From: Rhynchopus sp. YZ270_cl-10
Lineage: Eukaryota
DNA length: 64,000 bases
Assembly (NCBI GenBank): GCA_964035575.1
Contig: OZ037833.1
Span: forward strand, 1,674,001-1,738,000
Direction: 5' to 3'
Shown: positions 11,568 to 23,171 of the stretch, piece by piece
Numbering within the stretch: position 1 is the stretch's first letter
Layout of the letters: every line of letters begins with the position of its first letter
Position numbers and translations under genes: made by a program
Notes under the pieces: generated by a model
Databases searched by the model: none
What the model was told of the DNA's origin: nothing
Seen by the model: the letters and a program-made list of their open reading frames with translations, nothing else

Positions 11568-12465
11568 AATATCTGCTATAATTACGCAAAATTTTGATTC
11601 ACTCGAGTTTGCTTGATGGGGGGGTATGCACGAGGCCGAGCTGCAGGAGGGCCATGGACGGGGAGACCACGTATGGTCTAACATGTGAATGCTCTTCACC
11701 AAACACTACTGTGCAGATTATCTTTTTATTTATCAACCAGCAGACAACGTTATCGCACAGCATTAAAAGAAAAGGAGGGAGGACTTTTTTTTGGGTACTA
11801 TTTTTCAGCCTTTTTTGGAAGAGCTGGAATTCTACGGGGTGTGTGAAGGGAAAGGAGACAAAGGGGGGGAAGGGTTTCTTTTGACGGAACAGACAAACAG
11901 GAACTTCACCTTGTATGTGAACACCGATCTTAGAAGAAGGACTCTACACACAAAATCAAAAGAAGGGGGAGAAAAAACAAGTGCAAAAAAATGCAAAAAA
12001 AATCTATCTAAAGTTGACTAAACCCCTCAAAAAATGGCATGTTTTTTTGTCTGACTCTCAAAAAATCTAGAGGAAAACCAACAACATTTTTTACCCTCCC
12101 CGAAGGGGAATGTGGTAATAAGAGAAAGACACGAAATAATAAACCACATAACGTTTTAGGAAAACGGGCAAAAAAAGGGAATTTTTTTTTTTTTTGTTTG
12201 GCGCGAAATCTGTGGATAACCTTAGATGCTTCAAAACCCTTACCACATGACGAACCGAATTTCTTCTACCACCAGGATATCTCACTTTTTTTGTTGATAT
12301 TTTTATATGTTCGTTCTTTACTCTCACTATTTTTTGCGCTATTGAGAAACACGCAAAAACCCCCCCTCCCCCTCCCACCCACCCGCCTTTTCAACTTTTC
12401 CATATTTTCGGGAAATCATCCCCCTCCCCCTCCCCACTCCCCATCATTTTTTTCTATTTCTAACA

Positions 12466-15400
12466 TCATGGGGGGTGAGGAAGCGGGGGCAGGGGTGATC
12501 TCGATGGAGTGATGTCCACTGAATGCGTCGAGGCTGGTGTGGGCACTGTTGGGAGCGGCTTGTCGAAGGGGAGTGGGGTCACGGGGCCGACGGTTTCGTG
12601 CCCGATGCGGGCAGGGCTTGCAAGCGCGACTGTGGAGCACTCACCATGTGCACCTGAGGACAACACAAGCGGCGGCTCTGCCGATGTGTGCAGCACTGAG
12701 GAGGGACACGATGTGATGCCCCCGAGACCTTCTGCAGTGACGTCGGCGCTCGCATTCGCAATAGACACAATACGCCCTTCGCTGTCCCCGTCAGAGCTGC
12801 CTGAGTCCTCATAGCCACGTGGCGGTGTCGGTACAACCAAATCCGCAATGCAAACCTCGTCCGCAAGTCTGATGTACCGATGCCCTGCCGTCACACCCCC
12901 CGCAAGCACCAGGCCGACCCCCACAGCAATGAGGCACAGAATCGGCCAGAGTGGGTCCACCCCGTCGTCGCTGGTCTCGGGTGGGGTGTACGTCCCGGGT
13001 GCGCCAGTTTCGGTGCCGTTGTACGCAAGAACAGTCCAGTTGTAGAGTGCAAAGAGACTCCCATCCTGCACGCTTTCGTTCAAGGTTGCAAGCTGTTTGT
13101 CCCCATCCGGGCCCTTCATGGTGATGGTGACAGCAACAGACCCGCGTGAGATGGAGACCACATTGACCAGCCAGGGAAGCGCCCGCACCTCTGCAGCCAC
13201 TGCGGCCACGAAGAGGTCTGTATGGAAGTCGTCGTAGTCGAGGTCCAGCAGCAGTGTGCGCGCAGGCGACTCTGTGGTGTAGTCGCGCCCATCCGGGCAG
13301 GGCCCCACCACATCCTGCACACAGCGGTCGTACTGCGCCATGCAGTTCGGTCCGAGGCTGCCTGCACTCAAGCACCCCACCAGCCTGCCCGCCTCATTGA
13401 GACTCCCACTACCGAAGCACGTCATGGACGAAACAATACCCAAAGCGTCAACACCTGCACACTGCCGCGGTGGCAATGTCGGCGGCGGTGCCGGTGGCTG
13501 TGTCTCGGGATACGTGGTCTCAGGTGCAGACGTGTTCGGCGCAACAGTCCGCTCAGGCTCCTTTGAAAGCGGAATCGGTGTCGGGTCCGGTGTGCTCGTG
13601 GGCGGAGGCACCGTCTTCGGTGGGTCCGTTGGCACCACAACACCGTCGGGTGTCTCTGTCGTAGGCGCGGGTGTTTCCGGTGGGATGGTAGGATCGATCG
13701 GCGTCAGCACAATGCCCTCTCCCGACAGACCCGGTACAGAGTAAAACTCGCCAGTGCTCCCTCCAGCAGAAAGCGCCATGCACAACGTGAAGCTCCCCTC
13801 CAACCCAGAAACATCCAAAGGGAAGAACATCGACGTGGCACCCGCACAGTCCGCACCCTCAACAAGCGAGAACACCGCGCTCGTCATGTTGTTCCCCCCG
13901 ATCGCAAAGGGACGTGAGTTTTTGAAGATCTTTTGTGTCCACGGGAGCGGCTCGCCTGCGACCATGAGCACCAGAGGGTAGTTCAGAACCAGCACGGACC
14001 ACTCTGGGATGCGCTCTGCAGGCTTTAAGATCTGCCCGTCGGCAGCTTTGACCATCCAACAGGCGTACACCATGCCCTTTCCGAGGGGCGTGCTGTCGTT
14101 AAGGGCCAACGCTGTTGGGACAACGTTGTCGGTAATAGGTGCGTCGCAAGCATCAGTGTCCATCACAAGGCGTACCACGACACCTTCGTCCCCACCGGAG
14201 AGGGCCATTTCTAGGACAGCACCTCCAATCAAATCCTGCGGCAGCAGCACACCTGTCCATGGTGTGAACACTGGGTCGCCCTGCTTTGATATTGCCAAGG
14301 CGGTGCGCTGTGGGAGACGACCATCCTCAAATGCAGACCAGCATAGGTACGACACTTGGGGAAGTGCTGCGACAACCGACGCAGAGAGGGATGCTGAGAC
14401 AGACGCGCCGGCATGTTGGAACGGTGTTGATGCGAGAGGTGTTGAGCATGTGATGTCACCGCTGAGCACCGCCCACAGCGGGGTTGTGACGCCGTCCACC
14501 GCAAGGGTAAAGGAGTACCCTGCACCTGCGAGCACGGCAACACGGTCGATCATCAGTGCAGAGGAAGCTTCGAAGGTAGGGACAGCTCCGATCTGCACCA
14601 CCACGCCGGTCTCGCCCCCAGCAGCCCAGTCGGCAGAGCCGTCGACGATGGGTGCCCAGCAGATCGGAAAGCTGGTCGCCTCCGAGAGTCCGGTCACAGT
14701 GGGCATGGCGGGGATGCTTGCAGCCGCAGTCGTGTCGGACGTGGAGGTGAATGGGAATACCGCAATGTCTGGCCGTGGTGCAGTGCAGCCCACCCGACCC
14801 ACAATGCCACGTTGGATGAAGCTTCCCGACACAGTGACAGCGCTTCCCAGAAGCAGCTGTGTCAAACTCAGCTGGATCACACTCGCCATAAAAATGGGCA
14901 CCCCCGCACGCCGTACGGAGACCTCGGAAGGAAGCGTCAACCCCGTCATCCCGTTGTACGTGACAACCATCGCAAACTGCTCGCCGCTGGTCAGACCACT
15001 CACGTCTGCGAGGTACTCGCCATCTGATAAATCGTCCCACGTTGTGATAACACTTCCATCGGACGCCACCAAAGCACCCCACAACCCAGGCGCCTTGTCT
15101 ACTGTGATCGAGGCAGGTCCAGGTACTGCTTCGCCATAGGTGAGGTTCGCAGCGACAGGGGACAGCGGAACCATGTTTGGGACGGTGATCTGCACGCCGG
15201 TGGCCTGGAGGGCGTCTCCCACCTGCACCGCCCAGCAGAGGTGGAAGGTGGCGCCGGCAGACTGCGACTTCACCCACGCATGGCTGAGGGATACATTACC
15301 GGAGTCGGCACGCACCTGGAAGGAGCACTCCTGGCACTGCTCGGAGCATGCGCTGTAGAGAAGTGGCTGTGCCAAGGCGGTGCCCGAGAGCGTCACGGCG

Positions 15401-18039
15401 TAGGGCACGGTGTGCCACAGCTCTGCTGCTGCGGGGGTGTGGTGCTGGGTGGCAAAGGTCGGCGCCGCGAGCGACTCGATCGTCACATTGAACGCGACCC
15501 AGGGCGTGACTGGGGACGCAACCCCAGAGGAGACACACAGTTCGTGGACACCCGGGACGAAACGTGGGTCATTCGCTGCGATGTGCACAACACCGTCTCT
15601 GAGGGACACGACCTCCCCAGTGGCAGTGCTGCACGCTACGTCTTCGTCCACCACACGGTAGAACGCGAAGTGCACGTCTGTCGCTAGCAAGGTAACGCTG
15701 GTCCCCACGGTTAGGTCCGACAACGACACAACGTGCTGCTGGACAGGTGCCGAAGGAGTGCTGGTCACTGCAACTGAAAGCCCTGCAGAGTGAGTGACCC
15801 CGCCGACCACTGCACACAGCACGTAGTCCGTCCCGCCTTCGAGGCCGCCGGGCACTGCAACCTGCACGACGGAACACCACGGGTCGCAGGAGAGGTCCTC
15901 TTGGTGCACCACGCTGCCGGTACAGTCGCCCTGTACGAAGAGGGCGGTCAGGTTGCGCAGGTATTCCCCATGCACCTCGACGGTCACACCTGAGTACGCA
16001 CTCTGTGGGAGACGCACCGAGCCACGGTCAGCAGTGTCGACCACAGGCTGCGGGAGGATGTTGTACACCACCTCTGTTGGCTGCCAGAGCGACGGCACAC
16101 CGGTGCTGGCCTGGCCCCAGCACATTGTGTAAGTCAGCATCTCGCTTGCGGGGAGGGCCAGCACAGGGAGCGCACCCTGTGCATGGGCGACGATGTTGGC
16201 GCATAGCACGTCCTCCGCAAGGGCGAAGAAGATGCCCTCAAGGTTGGCGATGTTCTGCCCCTGCGGCAGGGGCATGGGCATGGCGCTCACCCACAGCGTC
16301 TGTTGGGTAAACGACGGCGGCAGGCTGATGTCGAGCACCACACTGGTGGGGTACACCTCAAGCGCAGGAGCGTCGGCACTTACCGCACACACAACACAGA
16401 CGTAGACCTTCCCGCTCACCGGCGCTGTCACCCCGGTGCCGTTCACCGTATCACCAATGAGCTCACTCCCCACAACCGGCGATGTGCACCCCGCGGTGTC
16501 TGAGGTTGCAATGAAGAGCATGGAGGAGGTGCCACGGGTTTTGAAGTTGCGTCCGAAGACCTCTACTGTGACACCTGAGATGCCTTCGGCGTAGCTTTTG
16601 GTGTGCGTGACGATGGGGTTGACGGTGATGTCGGGCTTGGACGTGATTGTCAACGAAATCCCTGAGTCTGTGTACGCTGTGGTGGGGGCAACGGAGTCGA
16701 GGGCGGACACTGCGTAGCAGAGGCGCAGGGAGCGGCCCTGGTCTGCGGTGCTGCTCAGGTTGTACACCATGTCTGCACGCAGCAGCGCTGCGTCGGTAGG
16801 CGCTGTGCACATCTGCTGCGACGACAGTGCCAGCCAGATATGCTTCTGATCCAGCCCCGTCCCCCGCACCACCACACCACGCCCCGCCAACGCCACTGCC
16901 AACGGCAGGTACAACACATCCGAGAAAAAGGTAGGTCTCGTCTGGATCGTCACGTTGCTCTCCGTTGAACGATACGAAGGCGTCAGCGTTGTCACCGCAG
17001 TGCCCCACGCCGCCACACAGACAGACCACACACCCACCGGAAGGCTTTCAGGGAGCAACGCGGTCTTCGACGTCCACGACACCACCGCCTCCCCGGAGCA
17101 CAGCACAGCGGTTGTGAGCGGGTAGAGCGCGAAGACGGCGTCCTTATCGATGTGGCTGCCTTCGAACACTATCGTATGCGGCAGGATGGCTGCGGGGACG
17201 AGGATGCTGCTTGCCAGCACTTCTGGGGCAGGGTTCACCACGACTACAATACCGGTTGTGTGCGTCGCGACCCTCACCACCCCTGGTACTTCCGTATCCG
17301 GTCCGTGCCAGCACAGAGTAAGAGTTCCCGGTGTGAGCGACGGAGCAGACCACACCCCTGCAGAATCAGCCTTGGACATATCACTGAGGTCAGCAAACCC
17401 GCACGCCTCTGAGAGAACAAAGAAGATATCCTGCGGCGCTGCCCCATTTACCCCAACATTAATCGTTAACGACCTGCTTCCCAACAACGGCCCTGCACCC
17501 TCCGCTGCAGTCAGCTCCAAACGCTGTGGTGCGAATGAGATGAGCGGGCGTTCGCAAAGAAACTTCATCGCACGGCTGCATTGGAAGCGGTAGACCGTGT
17601 GGCCGCCTTCGTACAAAAACCCGCAGGAGTGTTCAGCGTCGCCGTGGGGGGAGACCAAGGCGGTGCTGAGGGGGAGCTTTGTGGAGTTCCATAGGAGCGT
17701 GGGGCTGTCGCCTTCTGTGGTCGCACCCACCCAGAGGGAGGAGACGAAGAGGTTGTTTGTCAAAAAGGCTTCGCTCTCCGCAAGCTTCCCGCCGTCCCTC
17801 CTGCACGCCACCCCCGCCTCCTCCCAGCTCATTGCAGTGTCAAATGGACGGAAGCACCGACGCACCCCACTCTCCTCAAAGGTGCTGTACTTCGGGGGAT
17901 ACCGCACATCAGCGCATTCGGCCTGGCAAGGACACTCCCCTACAAGTGCTGTTGCAGCCTCAACCCCCCTCACAAACCCCAAACAACACAAACCCAAGAA
18001 GAAAAAGGATAAGGCATCAAACTGTGAACGTCGCGCCAT
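12466..18039 (-). CDS. 1857-aa type I membrane protein: signal peptide, C-type lectin domain, many ~100-aa Cys-containing beta-rich repeats, Pro/Thr stalk, SEA-like GSV motif, TM, Pro/Ser tail
   Basis: Hydrophobic N-terminus. CTLD pattern CF..F....SWEEA..AC...GGKLA...WVG...W...CG...C....FLCE. Recurrent LCW/LCY/VCV motifs; ISRGSVAVT; TM LWPILCLIAVGVGLVLAGGV. Confidence 0.85.
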   Translation of the reverse strand: MARRSQFDALSFFFLGLCCLGFVRGVEAATALVGECPCQAECADVRYPPKYSTFEESGVRRCFRPFDTAMSWEEAGVACRRDGGKLAESEAFLTNNLFVSSLWVGATTEGDSPTLLWNSTKLPLSTALVSPHGDAEHSCGFLYEGGHTVYRFQCSRAMKFLCERPLISFAPQRLELTAAEGAGPLLGSRSLTINVGVNGAAPQDIFFVLSEACGFADLSDMSKADSAGVWSAPSLTPGTLTLCWHGPDTEVPGVVRVATHTTGIVVVVNPAPEVLASSILVPAAILPHTIVFEGSHIDKDAVFALYPLTTAVLCSGEAVVSWTSKTALLPESLPVGVWSVCVAAWGTAVTTLTPSYRSTESNVTIQTRPTFFSDVLYLPLAVALAGRGVVVRGTGLDQKHIWLALSSQQMCTAPTDAALLRADMVYNLSSTADQGRSLRLCYAVSALDSVAPTTAYTDSGISLTITSKPDITVNPIVTHTKSYAEGISGVTVEVFGRNFKTRGTSSMLFIATSDTAGCTSPVVGSELIGDTVNGTGVTAPVSGKVYVCVVCAVSADAPALEVYPTSVVLDISLPPSFTQQTLWVSAMPMPLPQGQNIANLEGIFFALAEDVLCANIVAHAQGALPVLALPASEMLTYTMCWGQASTGVPSLWQPTEVVYNILPQPVVDTADRGSVRLPQSAYSGVTVEVHGEYLRNLTALFVQGDCTGSVVHQEDLSCDPWCSVVQVAVPGGLEGGTDYVLCAVVGGVTHSAGLSVAVTSTPSAPVQQHVVSLSDLTVGTSVTLLATDVHFAFYRVVDEDVACSTATGEVVSLRDGVVHIAANDPRFVPGVHELCVSSGVASPVTPWVAFNVTIESLAAPTFATQHHTPAAAELWHTVPYAVTLSGTALAQPLLYSACSEQCQECSFQVRADSGNVSLSHAWVKSQSAGATFHLCWAVQVGDALQATGVQITVPNMVPLSPVAANLTYGEAVPGPASITVDKAPGLWGALVASDGSVITTWDDLSDGEYLADVSGLTSGEQFAMVVTYNGMTGLTLPSEVSVRRAGVPIFMASVIQLSLTQLLLGSAVTVSGSFIQRGIVGRVGCTAPRPDIAVFPFTSTSDTTAAASIPAMPTVTGLSEATSFPICWAPIVDGSADWAAGGETGVVVQIGAVPTFEASSALMIDRVAVLAGAGYSFTLAVDGVTTPLWAVLSGDITCSTPLASTPFQHAGASVSASLSASVVAALPQVSYLCWSAFEDGRLPQRTALAISKQGDPVFTPWTGVLLPQDLIGGAVLEMALSGGDEGVVVRLVMDTDACDAPITDNVVPTALALNDSTPLGKGMVYACWMVKAADGQILKPAERIPEWSVLVLNYPLVLMVAGEPLPWTQKIFKNSRPFAIGGNNMTSAVFSLVEGADCAGATSMFFPLDVSGLEGSFTLCMALSAGGSTGEFYSVPGLSGEGIVLTPIDPTIPPETPAPTTETPDGVVVPTDPPKTVPPPTSTPDPTPIPLSKEPERTVAPNTSAPETTYPETQPPAPPPTLPPRQCAGVDALGIVSSMTCFGSGSLNEAGRLVGCLSAGSLGPNCMAQYDRCVQDVVGPCPDGRDYTTESPARTLLLDLDYDDFHTDLFVAAVAAEVRALPWLVNVVSISRGSVAVTITMKGPDGDKQLATLNESVQDGSLFALYNWTVLAYNGTETGAPGTYTPPETSDDGVDPLWPILCLIAVGVGLVLAGGVTAGHRYIRLADEVCIADLVVPTPPRGYEDSGSSDGDSEGRIVSIANASADVTAEGLGGITSCPSSVLHTSAEPPLVLSSGAHGECSTVALASPARIGHETVGPVTPLPFDKPLPTVPTPASTHSVDITPSRSPLPPLPHPP

Positions 18040-19311
18040 TTTTTAGAAACCCCCTCTCTGAAAGTAGTGGTTGATGAAGGGGGGAGGTAAAGGGAGGAGG
18101 GGGTGTGTGAGGGGGTAAAAAAAAATGCGCTTTTGTTTCGTTTCTCTTTTATAAAAAAAAATTGGTTGTTGTCATGCAATTCCAGGGGGAACTTGCTTGA
18201 CGAGATGTGGTGGGGCACTACATTTTTTTTTTTGAAAACTTTTCTTTTTTACCATCCCTTTTTAGGGGAACGGAGCATGGTACGGTCCTGGAAAGCTCCA
18301 AGAAAATGGAGTCGGCGGGGCTAAAGAGGAAGTTGCCTTCCTAAACACACAAACTGGCAAAAAAAAGGGGGGAGGTGTCGTCACTCACCTATATCATCAT
18401 TGAAATAACATTACCAAATGGTACACTCCGATACTGTTGCCCCCGACTTTCCCCCCCCCCCCCCCCCCCCCTCGAGGGCGTCAAATAAAGAAAAGCTTTT
18501 TAGATGACCCTAAGCCTCTCTTTCTCTGCTTAATCACCTTAAATAAATCTCAAATAAATCTCTACACCAATTGAACTAGGTACACGACCCAATACCAATG
18601 GTACAAAGAGATGCTGTGCGTTTCATTTTTTTTTTTTTACAGTTGATTTTTGTGGTTAATTTTGTTGTGTCGATAAAGATAAATCACCTTAGGCACCCCC
18701 AGGTGGGAAAACTAAGGTTGTGGACTCAATGGGGGTTGAAGCTTTTTTTTTGTACAACAGAAGAAAGACGTAGTACGTCCTCTCGCTATTTTTTTTGTCA
18801 TTTTTTTTTTTTGAACAATCTGCTCAGTGTAGCTGCAATACATCAGTAGCCTTCACTGTTGTTGTGGCAACCACCCCCCCTTTACCACCACCCCCCCGAA
18901 CGCCTTTCAGCCTTCAAAGCTGTGTACATTTTACCACCTAATTTTCAACCCTACGTTTGCCGGAGGTTTTAGAGCCAAACACCGTCAAAACACAGAGTAA
19001 AAAAAAAAACAATCAGATGGTGCAGAGTGAACAAAACACCCCTCCATGGCTCCACCGCCTTTTTTTTTTTTTTCAAAATTTTGAAAAATGGTAAGGCTGT
19101 CCATTTACATCAAAAAAAAATATATAGTTGGTAGAGATGAACATGAGATCTTGCGCTCACCTGAGGGAAAAAAAGGGTAGAACAAAAAGGTTGAATATGC
19201 CGTTGCATACACATCCTAGATTCTGTACGAAAAGCAAAAAAAAAATAGTAACTCTGATAGGTAAGTAAAAGGAAAAAAGGTTTTTTTCGTTGATTGCACA
19301 ATTACCCTGTT

Positions 19312-19378
19312 TGAGGGGGGGTGATTGGCGACCGTATCTGAGGAACTATTTCTCCTTTAAGCTACGCTTGTAGGTATA
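19312..19378 (-). repeat. Conserved non-coding element (family 4), copy 1; second copy at 43741-43808
   Basis: TGAGGG..TGATTGGCGACC(G/A)TA...ACTATTTCTCCTTTAA..GCTT(C)GTAGG is shared between the two sites. Confidence 0.7.
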
Positions 19379-19855
19379 AAAACAAAAACAAAAACAAAAA
19401 CCACAAATACAAATCTGTAGCGACGCTTCGACAAAAGGGGGAAACTCTCGTCCCTTTTCATTTTGACTGCTTTTATAGGATCCTTCACACTGTAGGAAAC
19501 AAAGGTATTTCATAATTGCAACAGAAGAGCAATAGTGAAAGAAAAAGGGGGAAAATGTAAAGATGAACCTAAGCCTCACAGTGCTTTAGCCACCTCTTTT
19601 TAAAAGGCCAAGGTAAAATAAAATAATAATAATAAACGAGACCAAAGGGGGGCTGCCACCTAACAAATTCTGATGATCGTCAACAGAACTTTTTCCCAAA
19701 ATTCAAAATTCTGGCGGCGGGGGCGAGAGACGCTAAAAAAAAAAAAGAAGAAAAAAAAAATACTCTCCGAAGCATGTCTTCGAAATCTCCCCCAATCAAA
19801 TGGTGGAAAAAAATGATCCCTCAAGAGAGTGGTGGGTATTGGGGGGGATGTATCT

Positions 19856-19980
19856 TAATGGTAGTATTGTGATGGGAGCCCATTGGAATACGCAAAATAC
19901 ATCACATTACGTGTATTGTGATGTATTTTGATGTATTTTGCGTGTTCCAATGGGCTCCCATCACAATACTGCCATCATTA
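19856..19980. mobile_element. 125-bp foldback element flanked by an 18-bp direct repeat
   Basis: ~47-bp inverted repeats (ATGGTAGTATTGTGATGGGAGCCCATTGGAATACGCAAAATACATCA and near-perfect reverse complement). ATTGGGGGGGATGTATCT at 19838-19855 and 19981-19998. Confidence 0.85.
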
Positions 19981-20800
19981 ATTGGGGGGGATGTATCTCG
20001 TTTAGTAGCTCACTTTCCTCCACCCCCCTGTATGTTGGCTCTGAGAGCGGAGACGTATCCAACTCTGAGTTCTGCGGGAGAGGTGTTATCGCAAATAAGA
20101 AAAAAGATTTTTTTTTGTAGTGCAGGCACTTCAAGAAAAATCCGAACACAAACACGCAAACAAAACACAAAAAAAATTGAACCTACAAGCCTGTGCGTAG
20201 TCACCTAAAAAAGGGGAACAAAAAAAAGTACTTCAACAAAAAAAAAAAACACAAAAAAATCGCGGACACTTCACCAAATGCAGACAATACACTGTACTGA
20301 ACGTAAGTTAGGTGGGAAGTCGGAAAAGTGGACAAAAGAAAAACGTCTTTTCTGGGGGTGGGGGGGAAACAATAACGAAGCAACGGTATTAGCGGGGTGG
20401 TCACACCACCCAACACGCTTCCCCGCAGGTATCAGTTAAAAAAAAATATTTCGACAGATAAAAGCAGTTCACCTCTATCGTAACACGCAAGAAGCAGCAC
20501 AAAAAAGGAGACCAGACTTCACTGGAGGGTAACTCCCTGCCCACACATATGCCAACCAAAAAAACCACTGAGAAAAATAGGGGAAAAAACGTAAAAAGGG
20601 GAGCGGGAAAAACACTGTTCTGGTTTTGAGGGGGAACTAGGGAAAAAATAGCATCATGTTTATTTTTTTTTTTTTTGATTTTACGAGGAGATTCACCCAA
20701 TCCAATCGGAACAGAGCAAAGGAAAGACTATACTAATTCCTCGGTATTACAGACACATGCCAGTCTCCTCTTTTTTTCTTCTTTTTTGTGATCCCTTTTC

Positions 20801-22175
20801 TATACATAGCGCTCTAATTAGAGTATTAGGGTATAATTAGAGTCTGGGATTTTGGGCCAAGTCAGTTAGAGTCCAGTTAGAGTATAATTAGAGTCGCTTT
20901 TCTTCAATTAGACTATAATTAGAGTGCAGTTAGAGCATAATTAGACTCTAACTACACTCTAATTATAGTCTAATTAGAGTAAAACAACAGGCTTCTTGTA
21001 GGTGCAAACGCCGTAAGGAACCGGTCCCCCTAAGGTTCCTCTGTAGGACCCAGGTGCCCAGGTACCCACATAGCTGAAAATAAGACTTGGGGAACCGAGT
21101 TATCAGGACACAATATGTGAAGGCGCTGTGGGTCCGCCTGAAAGCGGGTCGGGGACCCGGTCGCGGGAGGGTGGGGGCCTAGTCCTAGTCCTACTGTACC
21201 TAGTACCCAGTACCGGGAGTAGGCGCAACCCGGGACTCGGGACCCGGCTTATTCTCAGCTATGGGTACCCAGGTACTCAAACCCGCGCAGTGGCACATGC
21301 CCTCAAGTGTGAGTGACCCACACATTAGGGAATGCGATGCAAAAACTCTATGTGCACCTTCGGTGCAACGGCGCAGACAGGCCAAGCAGCGTTGGACTCA
21401 GAGGAATGCCCGCTGTGCAGGTATCAAACATGAGAACCAACTCCCAGCAACAAGGGGCGCCTTTTGGCGGGCGTTATTGAAGGTGTTTCGGGTGCAAAGT
21501 TTTCTACAATTTTGATGCGCGGGTACAGAAGTGGTGTCTTGTTCTTTCATCTCTAGGAATGTGAATGTCAATCGCGTTTAACTACCACTAAGGGGTCGAA
21601 GGGATAATCCCAGTATCAACGGCTGTGTTGACGGGAAATCTATAGCGAGCATACGTTCATTTCATCCGAAGAAATACTACTTATGAACCCAGGAGAGATC
21701 CAAGCCTGAACGCGCTGAACAACTACCCGCGATTGACTTAGATGTTATACCAAAGAGAATTCATAACAAAACAACACCCTGCCCCATACACCAAATAGCC
21801 ATGCTTCAAGTGCATGCCCTGGGCCAAAATTCCTGTGCTACAAAGGCAACAAGACCATCCACAAGGAGTGTGAATTGTGCACTGGTTTTCTGGGGGAACA
21901 AACAATATTTTCTTGTGTCTGGTTCTCTGCAAGCAGAGAACAGACTTTCTGGATTACAAATTCGAATTTCTTGCACTAGCTATGCCCCCTGGGTTGATGG
22001 CTATAGCATTGATTGATGTGCCCCTCTTTATTGACCCTCTTATAGGACTCTAATTAGACTCTAATTAGAGTCCAGTTAGAGTATTAGAGTTCAGTTAGAG
22101 TTTTAAAGACTCTAATTATACTCGAACTGCCGACTCTAATTATCTAGTTAGAGTCTAATTGGAGCGCTATGTATA
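20801..22175. mobile_element. 1.4-kb non-autonomous inverted-repeat element with arrays of subterminal TAATTAGAG/CTCTAATTA repeats
   Basis: TATACATAGCGCTCTAATTAGA ... TCTAATTGGAGCGCTATGTATA. CTTTTC flanks both ends (20795-20800, 22176-22181). No intact transposase ORF. Confidence 0.85.
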
Positions 22176-23139
22176 CTTTTCGTATGTTTTTTCTTCGATT
22201 AATTTGTTAGATTAGTGTAGCTGCCATATAGACAGTTTTCACTTTTTAACAAATTTGTTGAGTTAAAACAACATGAATGATACAGACACCGCTTCTGATG
22301 CAGGCATCGGGAAAAAAAGAGATCACAAAAAAAAAAAAGTTTACGATAGTGCAAATATCTCACCGGGGACACCGGCGGATACTGGCACCACACAAAAAAA
22401 GGGAGAGGCTGGTCTGAAGGACTTTCATAAGTATACTTGCTGCAATGCTGTTTTCGAGTCGGTGTCTTTTGGATAAACTTTTTTTTCGGGGGAAGGGGGG
22501 TTTTTTTTTTGACAATCGCCCACTGTGGGTCTGTACCCATTTTTTCTTGAAAAATTGAAAAAAAAAAAAAGAATGATCACCTTTTTTTCTCGTGTGATCT
22601 GCACGCAGCCATTCACCTGACCTATCTCTCGTTGCGTGGAACCCGCTACAACGTCATATCATGACAAGTGTCGTCGTGGATACAGGGTAGCGAGCCCCCA
22701 CGGGGTGAGATAGGTCTTGGATTAATGCCTTTTATCCCTTCGTCTGAGCATGGTTGTTTGAAAAAATATGAAAGAGGGGGTTTTTTTTTAAAAAAAAAGC
22801 AATGTCTCCTCGGGGAAAGTGTTCGGAATATGGGGTGGGATAAAAGAAGAAAGATAAGATGAGCCTAAGCAGCACTGTACCTAGTCACCTCAGGATAAAA
22901 GTGTAACGAGAGAGAGAGAGAGAGAGCGACAGAGAACGTGCACCAAATTGCGTTTTTTTTTTTTAAATCGCATCAGGGGTGCACATTCCCTTGTTCCTGC
23001 ACGTAGCACCAAATACAGGGTTTTTTGCCTAATTTTTTCAGATCAAGCACACACTTCCCACCAAGGAAGAGGAAAGTGTGGTAACGACTAGCTATTGGGG
23101 ATATATTGCCAAGGGAGAGAGCCTAATGTCGTTGTTGTT

Positions 23140-23171
<32 letters not shown>

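Noticed and set aside
18450..18471. Poly-C run (G-quadruplex potential on the minus strand)
   Set aside because: Homopolymer runs are frequent in this window, and nothing else suggests function.
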